Positions 36,631-50,802 of a stretch of DNA of 64,000 nt are shown here, in pieces. The stretch covers positions 41,912,001-41,976,000 of the forward strand of contig OX597836.1 of the NCBI GenBank assembly GCA_951406725.2. Direction: 5' to 3'. The DNA is from Octopus vulgaris. Taxonomy: Eukaryota. Position 1 is the first letter of the stretch. Every line of letters begins with the position of its first letter. The translations under genes were made by a program, and so were the position numbers. A model generated the notes under the pieces. It did not search any database, was not told the DNA's origin, and worked only from the letters and a program-made list of their open reading frames with translations.

Positions 36631-36866
36631 CCATGTTGATTCGCTAGCCTCTGCACGCATATTTTTTTCTCTCCTTCTTTCTGTGTTTTTTCTCTGTGTA
36701 TCTTTCTGTTGAAGAGCGTAGGCTCGAAACGTTAAAGACTTGTTTTATTTATATTTCCTGAGCGCCATACTAATACAATTGTTTGTTTGTATTCTACCTG
36801 CCTTCGTCTTTTGTTTATTTCCGTAAACCTGCCTTCGTCTTTTGTCTATTTTCATAAAGCTTCCCG

Positions 36867-36867
<1 letters not shown>
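36629..36867 (+). mobile_element. (TA)n-flanked element P2 (PLE pseudo-LTR/retrozyme-like)
   Basis: Second copy at 57181-57367; (TA)n on both sides; carries a hammerhead motif. Confidence 0.7.
36701..36738 (+). ncRNA. Minimal hammerhead motif, variant core CTGTTGA
   Basis: TCTTT-CTGTTGA-A-GAGC gtag GCTC-GAAA-CG-TT-AAAGA. Confidence 0.6.
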
Positions 36868-36912
<45 letters not shown>

Positions 36913-37098
36913 CAATAGATTTTTTAAACATCGAATGTCTATGTGGGTTCAGTAGAATAAAATAGTAAAATAGGAACCAAAAGGAGTCCATAAGGAAAAA
37001 CCTTTCTATCCGTATACACGTTGAGTAAATCACATGGAAATGAACGGATGTACTGCAAACACATACAATACACATTTTGCATGGCTGCGTGCATGCTC

Positions 37099-37153
<55 letters not shown>

Positions 37154-37462
37154 CGTTTGCTTTACAAAATATCTATCAATGTTATGTCGCCATCGGAAAA
37201 AATATAAACCCTTAATGGGTATGGACATCATTGATTACGCAAGGCACAATACGATGATATAATCTTATTGTTATTTGCCGACTTACATCTCTTCACTTGT
37301 GGTGGAAAATCCATGTGGGACAATGGCTTCTGCGACTAAACAGCTGGATAAAAAGAAAAAAAACTTTAAAACTTGAAACGGGATCGTGAACAGGGTGACT
37401 AATGCCCCACAGAAGTAGGTTGAGAAGAAGCTGTCCTTTGAAGGTCGGACGAAAAGAGCTAA

Positions 37463-37700
37463 TCTTAATATATAAAATCCGTTCTGTCTGTCTGTTTGTG
37501 CGCTTATAACTCGAGTATTGATCACGCTGAAATTTTAAACATGGATACATGAGAGAGCGAGGCGTTCCGTAATCTAAAAAGATTTTCAAACACGTTAGTT
37601 TCAAAGTGACAATCGCTATTTTTGTAATCTTTAATGTCCTGTTTCTTCCGCCATTAAAACAACCACTTGCTTAGACAGCCGGCACATACCATTTCGCTAG
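37463..37700 (+). mobile_element. Possible Helitron 5' fragment
   Basis: A|TCTTAATATATAAAATCCGTTCTGTCTGTCTGTTTG start is typical of Helitrons. The 3' boundary is uncertain. Confidence 0.4.
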
Positions 37701-38226
37701 CAACAAGGGGAGTACAGGATGACAGTCAGCCAAAACCGTCGCTATGCTGTCTCTCTTCTTTCCTCTCTCTGTGGGGTTAATAATCTTAATCTTTAGTTAC
37801 AGTTTCTCATTCAAACTACATAATAGGCAGAATTGTCGGATTAAGACTGTAGGGTGTTTTGAGGGAGATTTGGCTGCTATTTCTACCAGATCTTACGTCT
37901 GTATTGTTATGTGACATACTGTCCTATGTATTATATATTCCTTATGCTTTCCCAAACCGAGTTACAGATTTTGACGTATGGGGTGTCAAAAGATTCAGTA
38001 CTATTTTGGCTACAAATTAAACTTAATTTCCATTCACATATTTGCATTTCAAATAATCTTTTCCATAAATCAACTATCGTAAAAATGTTATAAGATGACG
38101 TCACATTTTCTATATGTGTGTGTACCTTAAAAGACATCAATCATCACGGCTCACACCTTCACTCACTCACTCTGTCTCTCTCACCCTCTTTCTCTCTTAC
38201 GTACACACACGCAAGCACTACATACG

Positions 38227-38275
<49 letters not shown>

Positions 38276-38427
38276 GTCCATTTCATATAGACGTACATAC
38301 ATCTTTCACTTTCTTTCTCTGTACTTTTCGCTTTTCTGTTATTACGTGTCATTTATTATAGCCTCGGGCTGACCAAAGCCTTGTGAATGGGTTTGGTAGA
38401 CAGAAACTGAAAGAAGCCCGTCGTGTA

Positions 38428-38494
<67 letters not shown>

Positions 38495-38681
38495 ATGTTT
38501 TTTATAATAATTACTGGTACCCTTATATATTACTATTTTCTATATCTTATATGTAAAGAATAATATGCTATATGTATGTATGTTATTATAATTATCAGTT
38601 TAATAAATAAACAAGTAAACATAGTTTAATGTCCAAAAGTTGATGAACCACCTATTGATCTCCTCCATTTTCTTACTTGCT

Positions 38682-38712
<31 letters not shown>

Positions 38713-38729
38713 CATGCTCAGAACATAAA

Positions 38730-39160
38730 GACAGACGAAATACCTATTTCTTTACTACCCACGAGGGAGCTAAACATAGAAGGGGACAAACAAGGACAGA
38801 CAAAGAGGTTAAGTCGATTACATCGACCCCAGTACGCAACTGGTACTTATTTATCGACCCCGAAAGGATGAAATGCAAAGTCGACCTCGGCGGAATTTAA
38901 ACTCAGAACGTAGCGGCAGACGAAATACCTATTTCTTTACTACCTACAAGGGGCTAAACACAGAAGGGACAAACAAGGACAGACAAACGGATTAAGTCGA
39001 TTATATCGACCCCAGGGCGAAACTGGTACTTATTTAATCGACTCCGAAAGGATGAAAGGCAAAGTCGTCCCCGGCGGAATTTGAACTCAGAACGTAACGG
39101 CAGACCAAATTACGGCTATGCATTTCGCCCGGCGTGCTAACGTTTCTTCCAGCTCGCCGC
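38730..39160 (-). mobile_element. SINE family B dimer with the start of a third unit
   Basis: The CAGACGAAATACCTATTTCTTT junction occurs twice. Confidence 0.88.
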
Positions 39161-39339
39161 TTTAAGTTAAAGACAAAAGATTAAGAGTCATATGTGCCAG
39201 TTTACGGCCGTCATTTGATTTTCTTTCTGATCAGATCTCTTTTATTTCGCTATCATCGGGGAAAGTTGGCAGGAGGTTTTCTGGAAGTGTTTAATCCAAG
39301 TGCAGCTTCCACTAATCTTTTAATTCATAGTTCCAAAGG

Positions 39340-39756
39340 ATACTCTTTTACTCTTTTACTTGTTTCAGTCATTTTGACTGCGGCCATGCTGGAGCACCAC
39401 CTTTAGTCGAGCAAATCGACCCCGGGACTTATTCTTTGTAAGCCCAGTACTTATTCCATCGGTCTCTTTGGCCGAACCGTTAAGTGACGGGGACGTAAAC
39501 ACACCAGCATCGGTTGTCAAGCAATGCTAAGGGGACAAACACAGACACACAAACACACACACACACACACATACATATATATATATACATATATACGACA
39601 GGCTTCTTTCAGTTTCCGTCTACCAAATCCACTCACAAGGCATTGGTCGGCCAGGGGCTATAGCAGAAGACAGTTGCCCAATATGCCACGCAGTGGGACT
39701 AAACCCGGAACCATGTGGTTGGTAAGCAAGCTACTTACCACACAGCTACTCCTGCG
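39340..39756 (-). mobile_element. SINE family A
   Basis: Family match. Confidence 0.9.
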
Positions 39757-40217
39757 CTGGCACTAGTACTGGATTGATAGCTGTGAGTAACAAGATTTTG
39801 ACATATTAAGCACGTTATACGTAGGTAATGACGGTCAAGTTAGGATTGGTATTGGCCACGAGAGAGCAAGTATCAGCCAACAAACAGAGAGAGAGAGAGA
39901 GAGAGAGAGACTGTGAGTTCGAAGATTTACTAATAATGGACTTCATCAAGTTATAAAAATATTGCAGTTGCGCCTATCAATTATACACGTATTTTTCTCT
40001 CAAGGATGAGGCACAGTGTGTTGCTTGCAGGTGATTTAATTGAATTAAAGACTAGCAGAATTCGTAGAAATGTAAAACTGAATGGGAAATTATTTCTGTT
40101 AATTCAAAGAAATCGTTATTATTTTAAATGCCTGGGCATTTTCTGTGGATAAAAAAAAAAAATAAATAAATAAATTTTTCTGCGAAGAAACTTAGGTTAG
40201 GGTAATGATAGTGTCCA

Positions 40218-40449
40218 GGCGGCGAGCTGGCAGAATCGTTAGCGCGCCGGGTGAAATGCTTAGTGGTATTTCGTCTGCCGTTACGTTCTGAGTTCAAATT
40301 CCACCGAGGTCGACTTTACCTTTCATCCTTTCGGAGTCGATTAAATAAGTACCAGTTACGCACTGGGGTCAATATAATCGACTTAATCCGTTTGTCTGTC
40401 CTTGTTTGTCCTCTCTGTGTTTATCCCCTTGTGGGTAGTAAAGAAATAG
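40218..40449 (+). mobile_element. SINE family B
   Basis: Family match. GAT(A/G)GTGTCCAGG is duplicated at the flanks. Confidence 0.9.
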
Positions 40450-40624
40450 ATGGTGTCCAGGTGAAGTGAAAGTAATGTTGCGATTGAATTTCTTCATTAA
40501 ATCAAAGGTCGATTTTGTTTGGATTCTTTGAACGGCGGCCGAAATCGCTCATGCATGAAATTAGGATTAGAAGTGAATAGGTGTCTTGAAGAACCATGGT
40601 TAATAGACACTTTTTCAGACACAT

Positions 40625-40915
40625 ATTAAGCTCAGTGGTTAGAGAGTCGAGATCCCAATCATGAGGTAGTGAGTTCGATTCCTGGACCGGGCTGCGTGTC
40701 GTGTTCTCGAGCAAGCCACTTTATTTTCACGTTGCTCCAGTTCACTCAGCTGTAGTTGCGACGTCACAGGTGCCAAGCTGTATCGGCCCCTTTGCCTTTC
40801 CCTTGGATGACATTAGTGCATGGATGACTGCTGGTCTTCCATAAACAACTTTGTTCGGACTTGTGCCTCGGAAGGTAACTCACTAGGCGCAATTCCATGG
40901 TCATTCGTGACCGAA
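40625..40915 (+). mobile_element. Fourth tRNA-derived SINE type, carrying module E
   Basis: AGCTCAGTGGTTAGAG...GAGTTCGATTCC head; tail homologous to 14150-14345. Confidence 0.7.
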
Positions 40916-40920
40916 AAAAA

Positions 40921-41140
40921 CATTCTGTGCCGTATGAATATGTCCCTCGTTTAAGAAACAGATTGGGTTTATTTACATTTGTGAAGAAAAAAAAGATACC
41001 CTTCCCCCCACCCCTAACCCTAACTAACTCTAACCCTAAAACAGATTGAAATGCAATAGATCGATACCAGGGTCATAATTATGGGTAACAATTTCATATG
41101 ACACCGCTAGAAAAAACTGCCGTTCAAACCGAAAAGATCC
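40921..41140. mobile_element. Partial copy of the (CCCTAA)n MITE
   Basis: Matches 30731-30954 including the right TIR. Confidence 0.85.
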
Positions 41141-42183
41141 TCCAATTTCATTAATTCATAAAAAATTTAATATATTTGAATAATTTTTCCTGGTATAATT
41201 CAGTCCTAAATATGGTGTTGAGCAGTCGTATTCCTGATTTAAATTATTAATTATTTGTATAGATTAATTTTTACCAATTGGTACGAAAATAAACTTAGAA
41301 AAAGATTCTTGGTCTAATAACTAAGAAATAAATCTGATTTTGAAAACAAGTGAAATGTACTATTTAATTAGCAAAAATTGGCACTTTTGTGCGTTTAATC
41401 TAATAACAACAATAATGGTATTCTCAAAGAAGCTTGACATTTTTATTAAATTTTAATGAAAATTATACTGCTTGCACTAAATTTGCTCGTAAAACTACTA
41501 TTTTTTGCACTTAAAAGTTGCACCTGAAATGCGCTTTTACGTATAATTTATTTAATGTACACCTCATGAAAATATTGAATAATCAGAAAATTCTTAGCTT
41601 GTGCAGTAGAGCTATCTTCTAAGAAACCCCATCCCATATATACATGTAGGTGGAACGAGACCCAAACTAGAATTAAACCGAAACCAGTCGAAATTTTGAG
41701 GCAACGTTACCCGCTTTTCTCTGGATTTTTTATTTAAGTTTAATTCCAAAGATTTCAAGGTCGCAAAATTTAGGATGAACCACTATATGTCTCGTAAGTA
41801 TTCTGTGGTAAGACGTTTGCTTCCAACGGCATGGTTCCGGATTCAGTCGCACAGCGTGGCACCTTGGGCATACGACACTCAATTCTTCCAGGAACCATTA
41901 TCTTATATTTTGTAAAATCCTAGAGTGTTTTGCAAAATTTCGTTCTTGAATTTTTTGACTAATAACTGTCTGTTTTAAGCAATGTTTTGACTGTTATTTC
42001 TAGCAACTTCAGTTGGTTTGCTCATAGATTTTAAATATTTAATTTTCATGTTCTTCACTGTTTACCTTCCTCGGGATCGTTGTGGTTTGAATCCCTATTT
42101 CTATGGAAAGTCGCAATTCTCTTCTTTCAGCTGTGTGGTACCTCTCCACTTATATACACTCATCCGTTTCTCTTATCTCACAG

Positions 42184-42243
42184 AAATGATGACATGAGGG
42201 TGTATAATTTCAGAGGAACGGGGACAAAGGTGACGAGACGACG
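42184..42243 (+). other. Candidate 60-nt exon
   Basis: TTTCTCTTATCTCACAG acceptor, ACG|GTAAGG donor and one open frame, NDDMRVYNFRGTGTKVTRR. Confidence 0.25.
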
Positions 42244-42334
42244 GTAAGGACATTAAAGATGTAAATGCAGTGAAATGGTTTCGAACAGGATGTGTAACTG
42301 TATCGTTGCATGACATTGCACTTCCCTTGACTGT

Positions 42335-42610
<276 letters not shown>

Positions 42611-42611
<1 letters not shown>

Positions 42612-42875
42612 CGAGCTGGCAGAAACGTTAGCACGCCGGGCCAAACGCGTAGCCATATTTCGTCTGCCGTTTACGTTCTGAGTTCAAATTCCGCCGAGGT
42701 CGATTTGCCCTCCATCCTGTCGGGGTCGATAAATTAAGTACCAGTTACGCACTAGGGTCGATGTAATCGACTTAATCCGTTTTATCTGTCCTTGTTTGTC
42801 CCCTCTGTGTTTAGCCCCTTGTGAGTAGTAAAGAAATAGGTATTTCGTCTGCCGCTACGTTCTGAGTTCAAATTC
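42611..42875 (+). mobile_element. SINE family B with the start of a second unit
   Basis: Family match. Confidence 0.87.
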
Positions 42876-42879
42876 GAAA

Positions 42880-42970
42880 CATATATATTCCAGTTCATTA
42901 TAGAAATTATAACAGAAAAGTCTAATTCTTCAATTGCATGTAACACGGGCAACGCCGGGTATCTCTGCTA

Positions 42971-42971
<1 letters not shown>
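42880..42971 (+). mobile_element. Helitron 3' end
   Basis: CACGGGCAACGCCGGG...CTAG|T. Confidence 0.6.
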
Positions 42972-43013
<42 letters not shown>

Positions 43014-43127
43014 CGTCTATCTGGATGTTTTGTTGTCCCATTTTTGTATCACCTAACTGTCCGGATATTTTGCGTTCTTGTCCCATTTTGTATTATATAT
43101 ATATAGCGGCGTACGTGCACTTTGGTC

Positions 43128-43215
<88 letters not shown>

Positions 43216-43216
43216 A

Positions 43217-43268
<52 letters not shown>

Positions 43269-43464
43269 ATGTATGTATGCATATATGTATGTATATATAT
43301 ATGCACACAAACATTCTATGCATGAGCGTGTGTAAAAGAGCGAGTGCACACTCACGCATGCACACACATACATACACACATACGCACACACATATACATG
43401 CACACATACATACATACGTACACACACACACACACAAAAGCATATACATATGAGAGACAAGAGT

Positions 43465-43514
<50 letters not shown>

Positions 43515-43979
43515 GAAGTAGAGAGAGAAAGGCTAAGAAGACAGACAGAATGAGAAATTAAGATTTTGATGGTTGAAGAAAGAAAAAAAATTATCGACGT
43601 GTTTTCTCCGAAGCCAAGATCGAATCTGCTCACACCATAGCGAAATGTCTGAGAGAAAAACGTTCGCGCAACTGGCAAACACTTGATATAGGTCACCTTT
43701 GACGCATCTTCACAACGGAAATCACAATAACTTCCGGGGTTGTTTCTAATGTGTGTGTGTGTGTGTTGAGGGGGGTGGGAGGTGGGAGGTGGGGGTGGAG
43801 GGGGTGTGAAAGTAATTTCTGTGGGTATAAGGATAATATGTAATATGTCTGCCTCTGTGTGTGTATGTGTGTGTGTGTGTGCGTTTACATGCATCTATAT
43901 TTATCTATATATGTGTGTGTGTGCGTATATGTGTGTGAGCGTGTGCATATATATGCATATATGTATGTATGTATGTATG

Positions 43980-44034
<55 letters not shown>

Positions 44035-44188
44035 CATATATGCATATACATATATATATATATAATTTCATACACACATATATATACATATATATGCATG
44101 TATATATATTTATATATACGTATACATATATATATGTATATGTATATATGTTTATGTATGCATATATACATATCCATGTGTGTGTGTG

Positions 44189-44222
<34 letters not shown>

Positions 44223-44452
44223 ATTATATGCATGTGTGTGTCGGTGTGCGTGCGTGCGTGTGTATACATGCATACACCTGTTAAGTTCTTTCGTAATCTT
44301 TATGTGTATATAGATGCAGGCAGAACTGTAAAGTTGTATTTCTGAGTGCATATGTATGTATGTATATATGTATGTATGTATGTATTGATGCATGTACGTA
44401 AATGTGTATGTATGCCTGCGTATATGTATGTTTGCACTTATCTATGTGTATG

Positions 44453-44459
<7 letters not shown>

Positions 44460-44510
<51 letters not shown>

Positions 44511-44719
44511 TATATACATACAGACATACATGCATACATACATACATACATACATACATACATACATACATACATACATACATACATACATACATACATA
44601 CATACATACATACATACATACATACATACATACATACATACATACATACATACATACATACATACAATACATACATACATACATACATACATACATACAT
44701 ACATACATACATACATACA

Positions 44720-44751
<32 letters not shown>

Positions 44752-44781
44752 CATACATACATACATACATACATACATACA

Positions 44782-44813
<32 letters not shown>

Positions 44814-44945
44814 CATACATACATACATACATACATACATACATACATACATACATACATACATACATACATACATACATACATACATACATACATACAT
44901 ACATACATACATACATACAAACATATACATACATACATACATACA

Positions 44946-44979
<34 letters not shown>

Positions 44980-45025
44980 CATACATACATACATACATAC
45001 ATACATACATACATACATACATACA

Positions 45026-45059
<34 letters not shown>

Positions 45060-45130
45060 CATACATACATACATACATACATACATACATACATACATAC
45101 ATACATACATACATACATACATACGTACAT
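44460..45130. repeat. (TA)n plus ~600-bp (CATA)n microsatellite
   Basis: Direct reading of the sequence. Confidence 0.95.
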
Positions 45131-45171
45131 ATGATAGTTTACATTCATACATGTGCGTGTATGCATTTATG

Positions 45172-45219
<48 letters not shown>

Positions 45220-45701
45220 TATGAACGTGTGTATATGTATGTCTGTATATATATGTACTTTTATTTTATTTATTCTTTCATTCGCTGATTCTCTCATTCA
45301 TTCATTCATTCATTCACTCATTCACACGTCACATTGTGCACACACGCTGCACTCACGGTGATTAAGCCGCACACACACGCACACATGCACACACACGCAC
45401 ACACGCACACACCCACACACACGCACACACACGCACATATACACACAATTGGCCACGCACACATGCACCCACGCGCACACTCACACGCACATGCGCTAAA
45501 TCGCACACACGCACACACGTGCACCGCTCACTCAAGCAAAAGCTACACATGTGCAAACATGTGCAACCGATGCACACACACACACACATACACACACATA
45601 CACACACATATGCACATGCCTCGCTTACACTCAATGAACACGTGTTGCACATCATCCTAAATACCATATATATATATACACACACACACACACGCATATA
45701 T

Positions 45702-46094
45702 AGGCGTAGGAGTGGCTGTGTGGTAAGTAGCTTGCTTACCGACCACATGGCTCCGGGTTCAGTCCCACTGCGTGGCACCTTGGGGAAAGTGTCTTCTGCT
45801 ATATCCTCGGACCGACCAAAGCCTTGTGAGTGGATTTGGAAGACGGAAACTGAAAGAAGCCCGTCGTATATATATGTATAAATATGTGTGTGTATGTATA
45901 TGTTTGTGTGTCTGTGTTTGTCCCTCCAACATCGCTTGACAACAGATGCTGGCATGTAACTTAGCAGTTCGGCAAAAGAGACCGATAGAATAAGTACTAG
46001 GCTTATAAAGAATAAGTCCTGGGGTCGATTATCTCGACTAAAGGTGGTGCTCCAGCATGGCCACAGTCACGTGACTGAAACAAGTAAAAGAGTA
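45702..46094 (+). mobile_element. SINE family A
   Basis: Family match. Confidence 0.88.
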
Positions 46095-46381
46095 TATACA
46101 CACACGCACGCACACACACATATATATACACACACGCACGCATACACACACGCTAGCGCACGCAACACTACCCGCGCACTCTTCACACATAAGAATACTA
46201 CTGAAACTTACTACGCACACTTTCCACACACACACACACTCACACGCATATATACACACACACGCACACACACACACATACATACACACACACGCACGCA
46301 TACACACACGCTCGCGCACGCAAGTCTACCCGCACACTTTTCACACACAGGAATACTACTAAAACTTACTACGCACACTTT

Positions 46382-46416
<35 letters not shown>

Positions 46417-46555
46417 TATACACACATAGACACGCACGCACACACACACATATATACACGCACACGCACGCATACACACACTCTCGCGCACGCAACTCTA
46501 CCCGCACACTTTTCACACACAAGAATACTACTGAAACTTTACTACGCACACACTC
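46095..46555. repeat. Three ~160-180-bp tandem units of CA-rich sequence
   Basis: CTACCCGC(G/A)CACT.TTCACAC...GAATACTACT.AAACTT..CTACGCAC recurs at about 46170, 46327 and 46498. Confidence 0.8.
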
Positions 46556-46854
46556 CACACACAAACACAAACACTCATATTTCACACTACACTATGTAAA
46601 CAATTTCCACGCGCTTACTACACTACAGCCATATACACACACACATACACACACACCCGTACAAATTACGCTACAATGTTCCATAGAACACATCACCACC
46701 CAACACTACGTTACTCGCTATAGTATCATATATAATCTATACGCAACATTACAGATTCTATTCGCTATTTTCACAACACTATAAAGATCAGATTACGCAT
46801 ACACATAAATATACGTAGCACTGATTGACGCACAGGCATACATAGGCGTAATAC

Positions 46855-47146
46855 ACCGACCAGGCTATCAGATGTTGCTACTCAACGCTGGTCACAATGC
46901 GCTTCGCATTGTTTTAGCCTTCAAATGACGCCACCCCGCTGGCTAAGCGAGCAGGCCAACAGAAGAAAGAGCGAGAGAAAGTTGTGGCGAAAGAGTACAG
47001 CAGGGATCACCAACATTCCCTGCCGGAGGTTCGTGGAGCTTTTAGGTGTTTTCGCTCTCTAAACACTCACAACGCCCGGTCTGGGAATCGAAACTGCGAT
47101 CCTACGACCGCGAGTCCGCTGCCCTAACCACTGGGCCATTGCGCCT
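46855..47146 (-). mobile_element. SINE family C, tail B
   Basis: Family match. Confidence 0.88.
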
Positions 47147-47194
47147 TAACATACTACATATATATTATGTATATATAGTATGCATATACAATAG

Positions 47195-47508
47195 TGAAGG
47201 CGCAATGGCCCAGTGTTTAGGGCAGCGGATTCACGATCGTAGCATCGCGGTTTCGATTCACAGGCCGGGCGTTGTGAGTGCTTATTGAGTGAAAATACCT
47301 AAAAGCTCCAAGGGGCTCTGGCAGGGGGTCGTGGCGATTCCTGCTGTACTCTTTCACCACAACTTTCTCTCACTCTTTCTTCTGTTGGCCTGCTCTCTTA
47401 GCCAGCGGTGTAGCGTCATTTAAAGGCTAAAATAATGTGAAGCGCATTGTGATCAGCGATGTGTAGCAACATCTGATAGCCTGGTCGGTCACGGTGATTA
47501 CGGTGATA
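47195..47508 (+). mobile_element. SINE family C, tail B
   Basis: Family match; head-to-head with the previous copy. Confidence 0.88.
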
Positions 47509-47579
47509 ATTTCGAAATGGATATTAAAAAACGGGTAAAATAATTTGTGCACTGTAAAGTATACGTAATTTATTGCAAA

Positions 47580-47970
47580 GGCGTGGCTGTGTGGTAAGAA
47601 GCTTGCTTCCCAACCACATGGTTCCGGTTTCAATCCCACTGCGTGGTACCTCAGGCAAGTGTCTTCTACTACAGCCTCGGGCCGACCAAAGCGTTGCGAG
47701 TGAATTTGGTAGACGGAAACTGAAAGAAGCCCGTCGTATATATGTATATATTTGTGTATCTGTGTTTGTCCGTCTGCCATCGCTTAACAACCGATGCTGG
47801 TGTGTTTACGTCCCCATAATTTAGTGGCTCAGCATAAGCGACCGATAGAATAAGTATTAGGCTTACAAAGAATAAGTCCTGGGTTTCGATTTCTTCGACT
47901 AACACCCTTCAAGGTGGTGCTCCAGCATGGCCGCAGTCAAATGCCTGAAACAAGTAAAAGAATAAATGAA
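47580..47970 (+). mobile_element. SINE family A (diverged)
   Basis: Family match. Confidence 0.85.
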
Positions 47971-48197
47971 TACTTTGAACAACCAAATCTTATGTGGAAC
48001 TCCAAGGGCCATATGGACCCTTATTGAGAAAGAGGGGCTCAGTCGAAGAATTCGACACCAGTGTCTATATTATTTTTAAGCTTGACACTTACTCTATCGG
48101 TCTCTTTTTGCCGAACCGCTACTATCCGGTTCTCAGACGGTAGTGGAGGACAAATACAAACATACACATACACATATGTGTGTGTGTGTGTGTGTGT

Positions 48198-48550
48198 AAA
48201 AAAATACAAACTGGGAGAAGAACGCAAAACATTTAGAAGACGATATAAAAAGCACGGACCTTCAATTCGAAGCCTTCAATCTTCAGTCAAGAACCGGATC
48301 GTCCTCGCAATTTCGACTGATTAATCTTGAGATTGCTCCAATCTGGCCAGCCCCAAGGAAAATCTAAGCTGAGCGCATTAGATTCCTTGGAAGAAGGCCT
48401 CGAATGTATACAAAACAAAGACGGAAAAACGGACGATGTTACACGAATAAGAATACGAAAATACGTAAAAACAATAATGATAATAATAATAACAAAAACA
48501 GGACGTCACAGATAGGCGTCTTTCAACAGGACGAGTAAACCTGAGCTGGC
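48198..48550. mobile_element. Dispersed repeat P3
   Basis: Collinear with 25241-25590. Confidence 0.65.
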
Positions 48551-48574
48551 ACATACATACATACATACATACAT

Positions 48575-49127
48575 GTGGCTGCCCCCTCGTTATCGAATAT
48601 GGCCATTGCACGAAGCTTAATCAATGTTGTTATCGTGCAATGCCTGTGTAAGAAGATTTTTTTAAAGTGGGGAAAGGCTGTGCACTGAGTCAATCCCACT
48701 CACTAAGCAACAGCAGCCATAATCCGAAAAGAAGAACAAGTCAACATCATCGGTAACCACTGAGCCGCAGGTTTTACATCGGAGTTATCCCAGTTACCTG
48801 AGTTACCTTCTCCTAGAAGGATGCCCTAACAAAGCCTAGGAGTCCTTCACTCCCAATGGTTTAACCGCGCGATCGGGTATTCAGTCCAATTATTTCTATG
48901 TCCCCGCACATGATACAGCCTTAAGACATTTATTGGATGGCCGTTGACTCTCAAGAGTTCCTCCGCCCTTTGACGGGTTTTGTTTTTCATCCCGCAGGGT
49001 GTCCAATAAACACCCTCCTCACCAAGTAAGCTTGGTGGGGTTGCCGGTTTAGTCGCCGACGACCCGACCATGCAACAGGTTGTACTGGGTTACATGTTAC
49101 CAGTAGCACTCGAAAGTGACCTGACAC
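48575..49127 (-). mobile_element. (TATG)n-embedded non-coding retroelement, full length
   Basis: Reverse complement of 27545-28096; (CATA)n on both sides. Confidence 0.82.
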
Positions 49128-49131
49128 TACA

Positions 49132-49162
<31 letters not shown>

Positions 49163-49237
49163 GCACTTAGATTTACAACTTTACAGCTCTACCTGCATTA
49201 ATATATACATAAAGATTACGAAAGAACTTAACAGGTG

Positions 49238-49304
<67 letters not shown>

Positions 49305-49306
<2 letters not shown>

Positions 49307-49602
49307 GGGTTGTCTGGAAAGTTCGTGCCGATTTTTAAAGGAAAGAAAAGGTCAATAAATACTTGCCATTACATTTTTTTAATCAACCAAATATGAACCA
49401 TTTTGTTGCACAATGCGTCTCCATCTTTGCCTTAATTTGAAAATAACCTCTTTCCAGAACTGTGGTGGTTTCATGGCAAAGAATTCATCAAGGTATCTTT
49501 TTACGTCATCCAAGGAATTGAAATTTTTACCATAAAGAACATTCTGCAGAGACTTGAATAAGCGGAAATCCGAAGGAGCAATATCTGGTGAATATGGAGT
49601 AA
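49305..49602 (-). pseudogene. Mariner transposase C-terminus and terminal repeat
   Basis: PYSPDIAPSDFRLFKSLQN...FWKEVIFKLRQRWRRIVQQNGSYLVD* (YSPDLAPSD motif). Ends at TA|TGGGTTGTCTGGAAAGTTCG. Confidence 0.88.
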
Positions 49603-49616
49603 CACGTACATACACC

Positions 49617-50353
49617 GTATGTATGCATGTATGTATGTATGTATGTATGTATGTATGTATGTATGTATGTATGTACGTATGTATGTATGTGTGTATGTAT
49701 GTATGTATGTATGTATGTATGTATGTATGTATGTGTGTATGTATGTATGTATGTATGTATGTATGCATGTATGTGTGTATGTATGTATGCATGTATGTAT
49801 GTGTGTATGTATGTGTGTATGTATGTATGTATGTATGCATGCATGTATGCATGTATGTATGTATGCATGCATGCATGCATGTATGTATGTATGTATGTAT
49901 GTATGTATTTATGTATGTATGTATGCATGTATGCATGCATGCATGTATGTATATATGCATGCATGTATGTACGTATGTATGTATGTATGTATGTATGTAT
50001 GTATGTATGTATGCATGTATGCATGCATGTATGTGTGTATGTATGTCTGTATGTATGCATGTATGTATGTGTGTATGCATGTGTGTGTATGTATATATGT
50101 ATATATTATCTATCTATCTATTTATCTATATCTATATATATATATATATATGTACATGCATACATACATGCTTACAAACATACGCATATACATTCATACA
50201 TACATACATATATGCATACATATGTATATACATTGATTCATACTTGCATACATACATACATACATACAGGCATACATACATACAGTCATACATACATACA
50301 TACATACATACATACAAACATACATACATACATACATACATACATACATACAT

Positions 50354-50390
<37 letters not shown>

Positions 50391-50560
50391 TACATACATA
50401 CATACATACATACATACATACATACATACATACATACATACACACACACACATACATACATACATACATACATACATACATACATACATACATACATACA
50501 TACATGCATGCATACATACATACAGTCATACAAACATACATACATACATACATACATACA
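49617..50560. repeat. (TATG)n followed by (CATA)n tracts in inverted arrangement
   Basis: Strand orientation switches around 50100-50150. Confidence 0.92.
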
Positions 50561-50802
50561 TGCGCGAGCAGTAAACACGCAAGCAACACGCCACACAACG
50601 GACGTACAGTTGCGCAGTATACGTCGCACACTGTTCGAGTTCGTGATGAATATCTCTAGGTGTACGGAACGGCAGATATAGATCGATCGGTGCAGCGTTA
50701 TAGACGCAAATGATTGCATCGTGCTACCGACATAATTACGATGAAGACATTCAACCAATAATCCATTGAATGACCTAGAAAGCATAGACGTAGAACCTTC
50801 TA

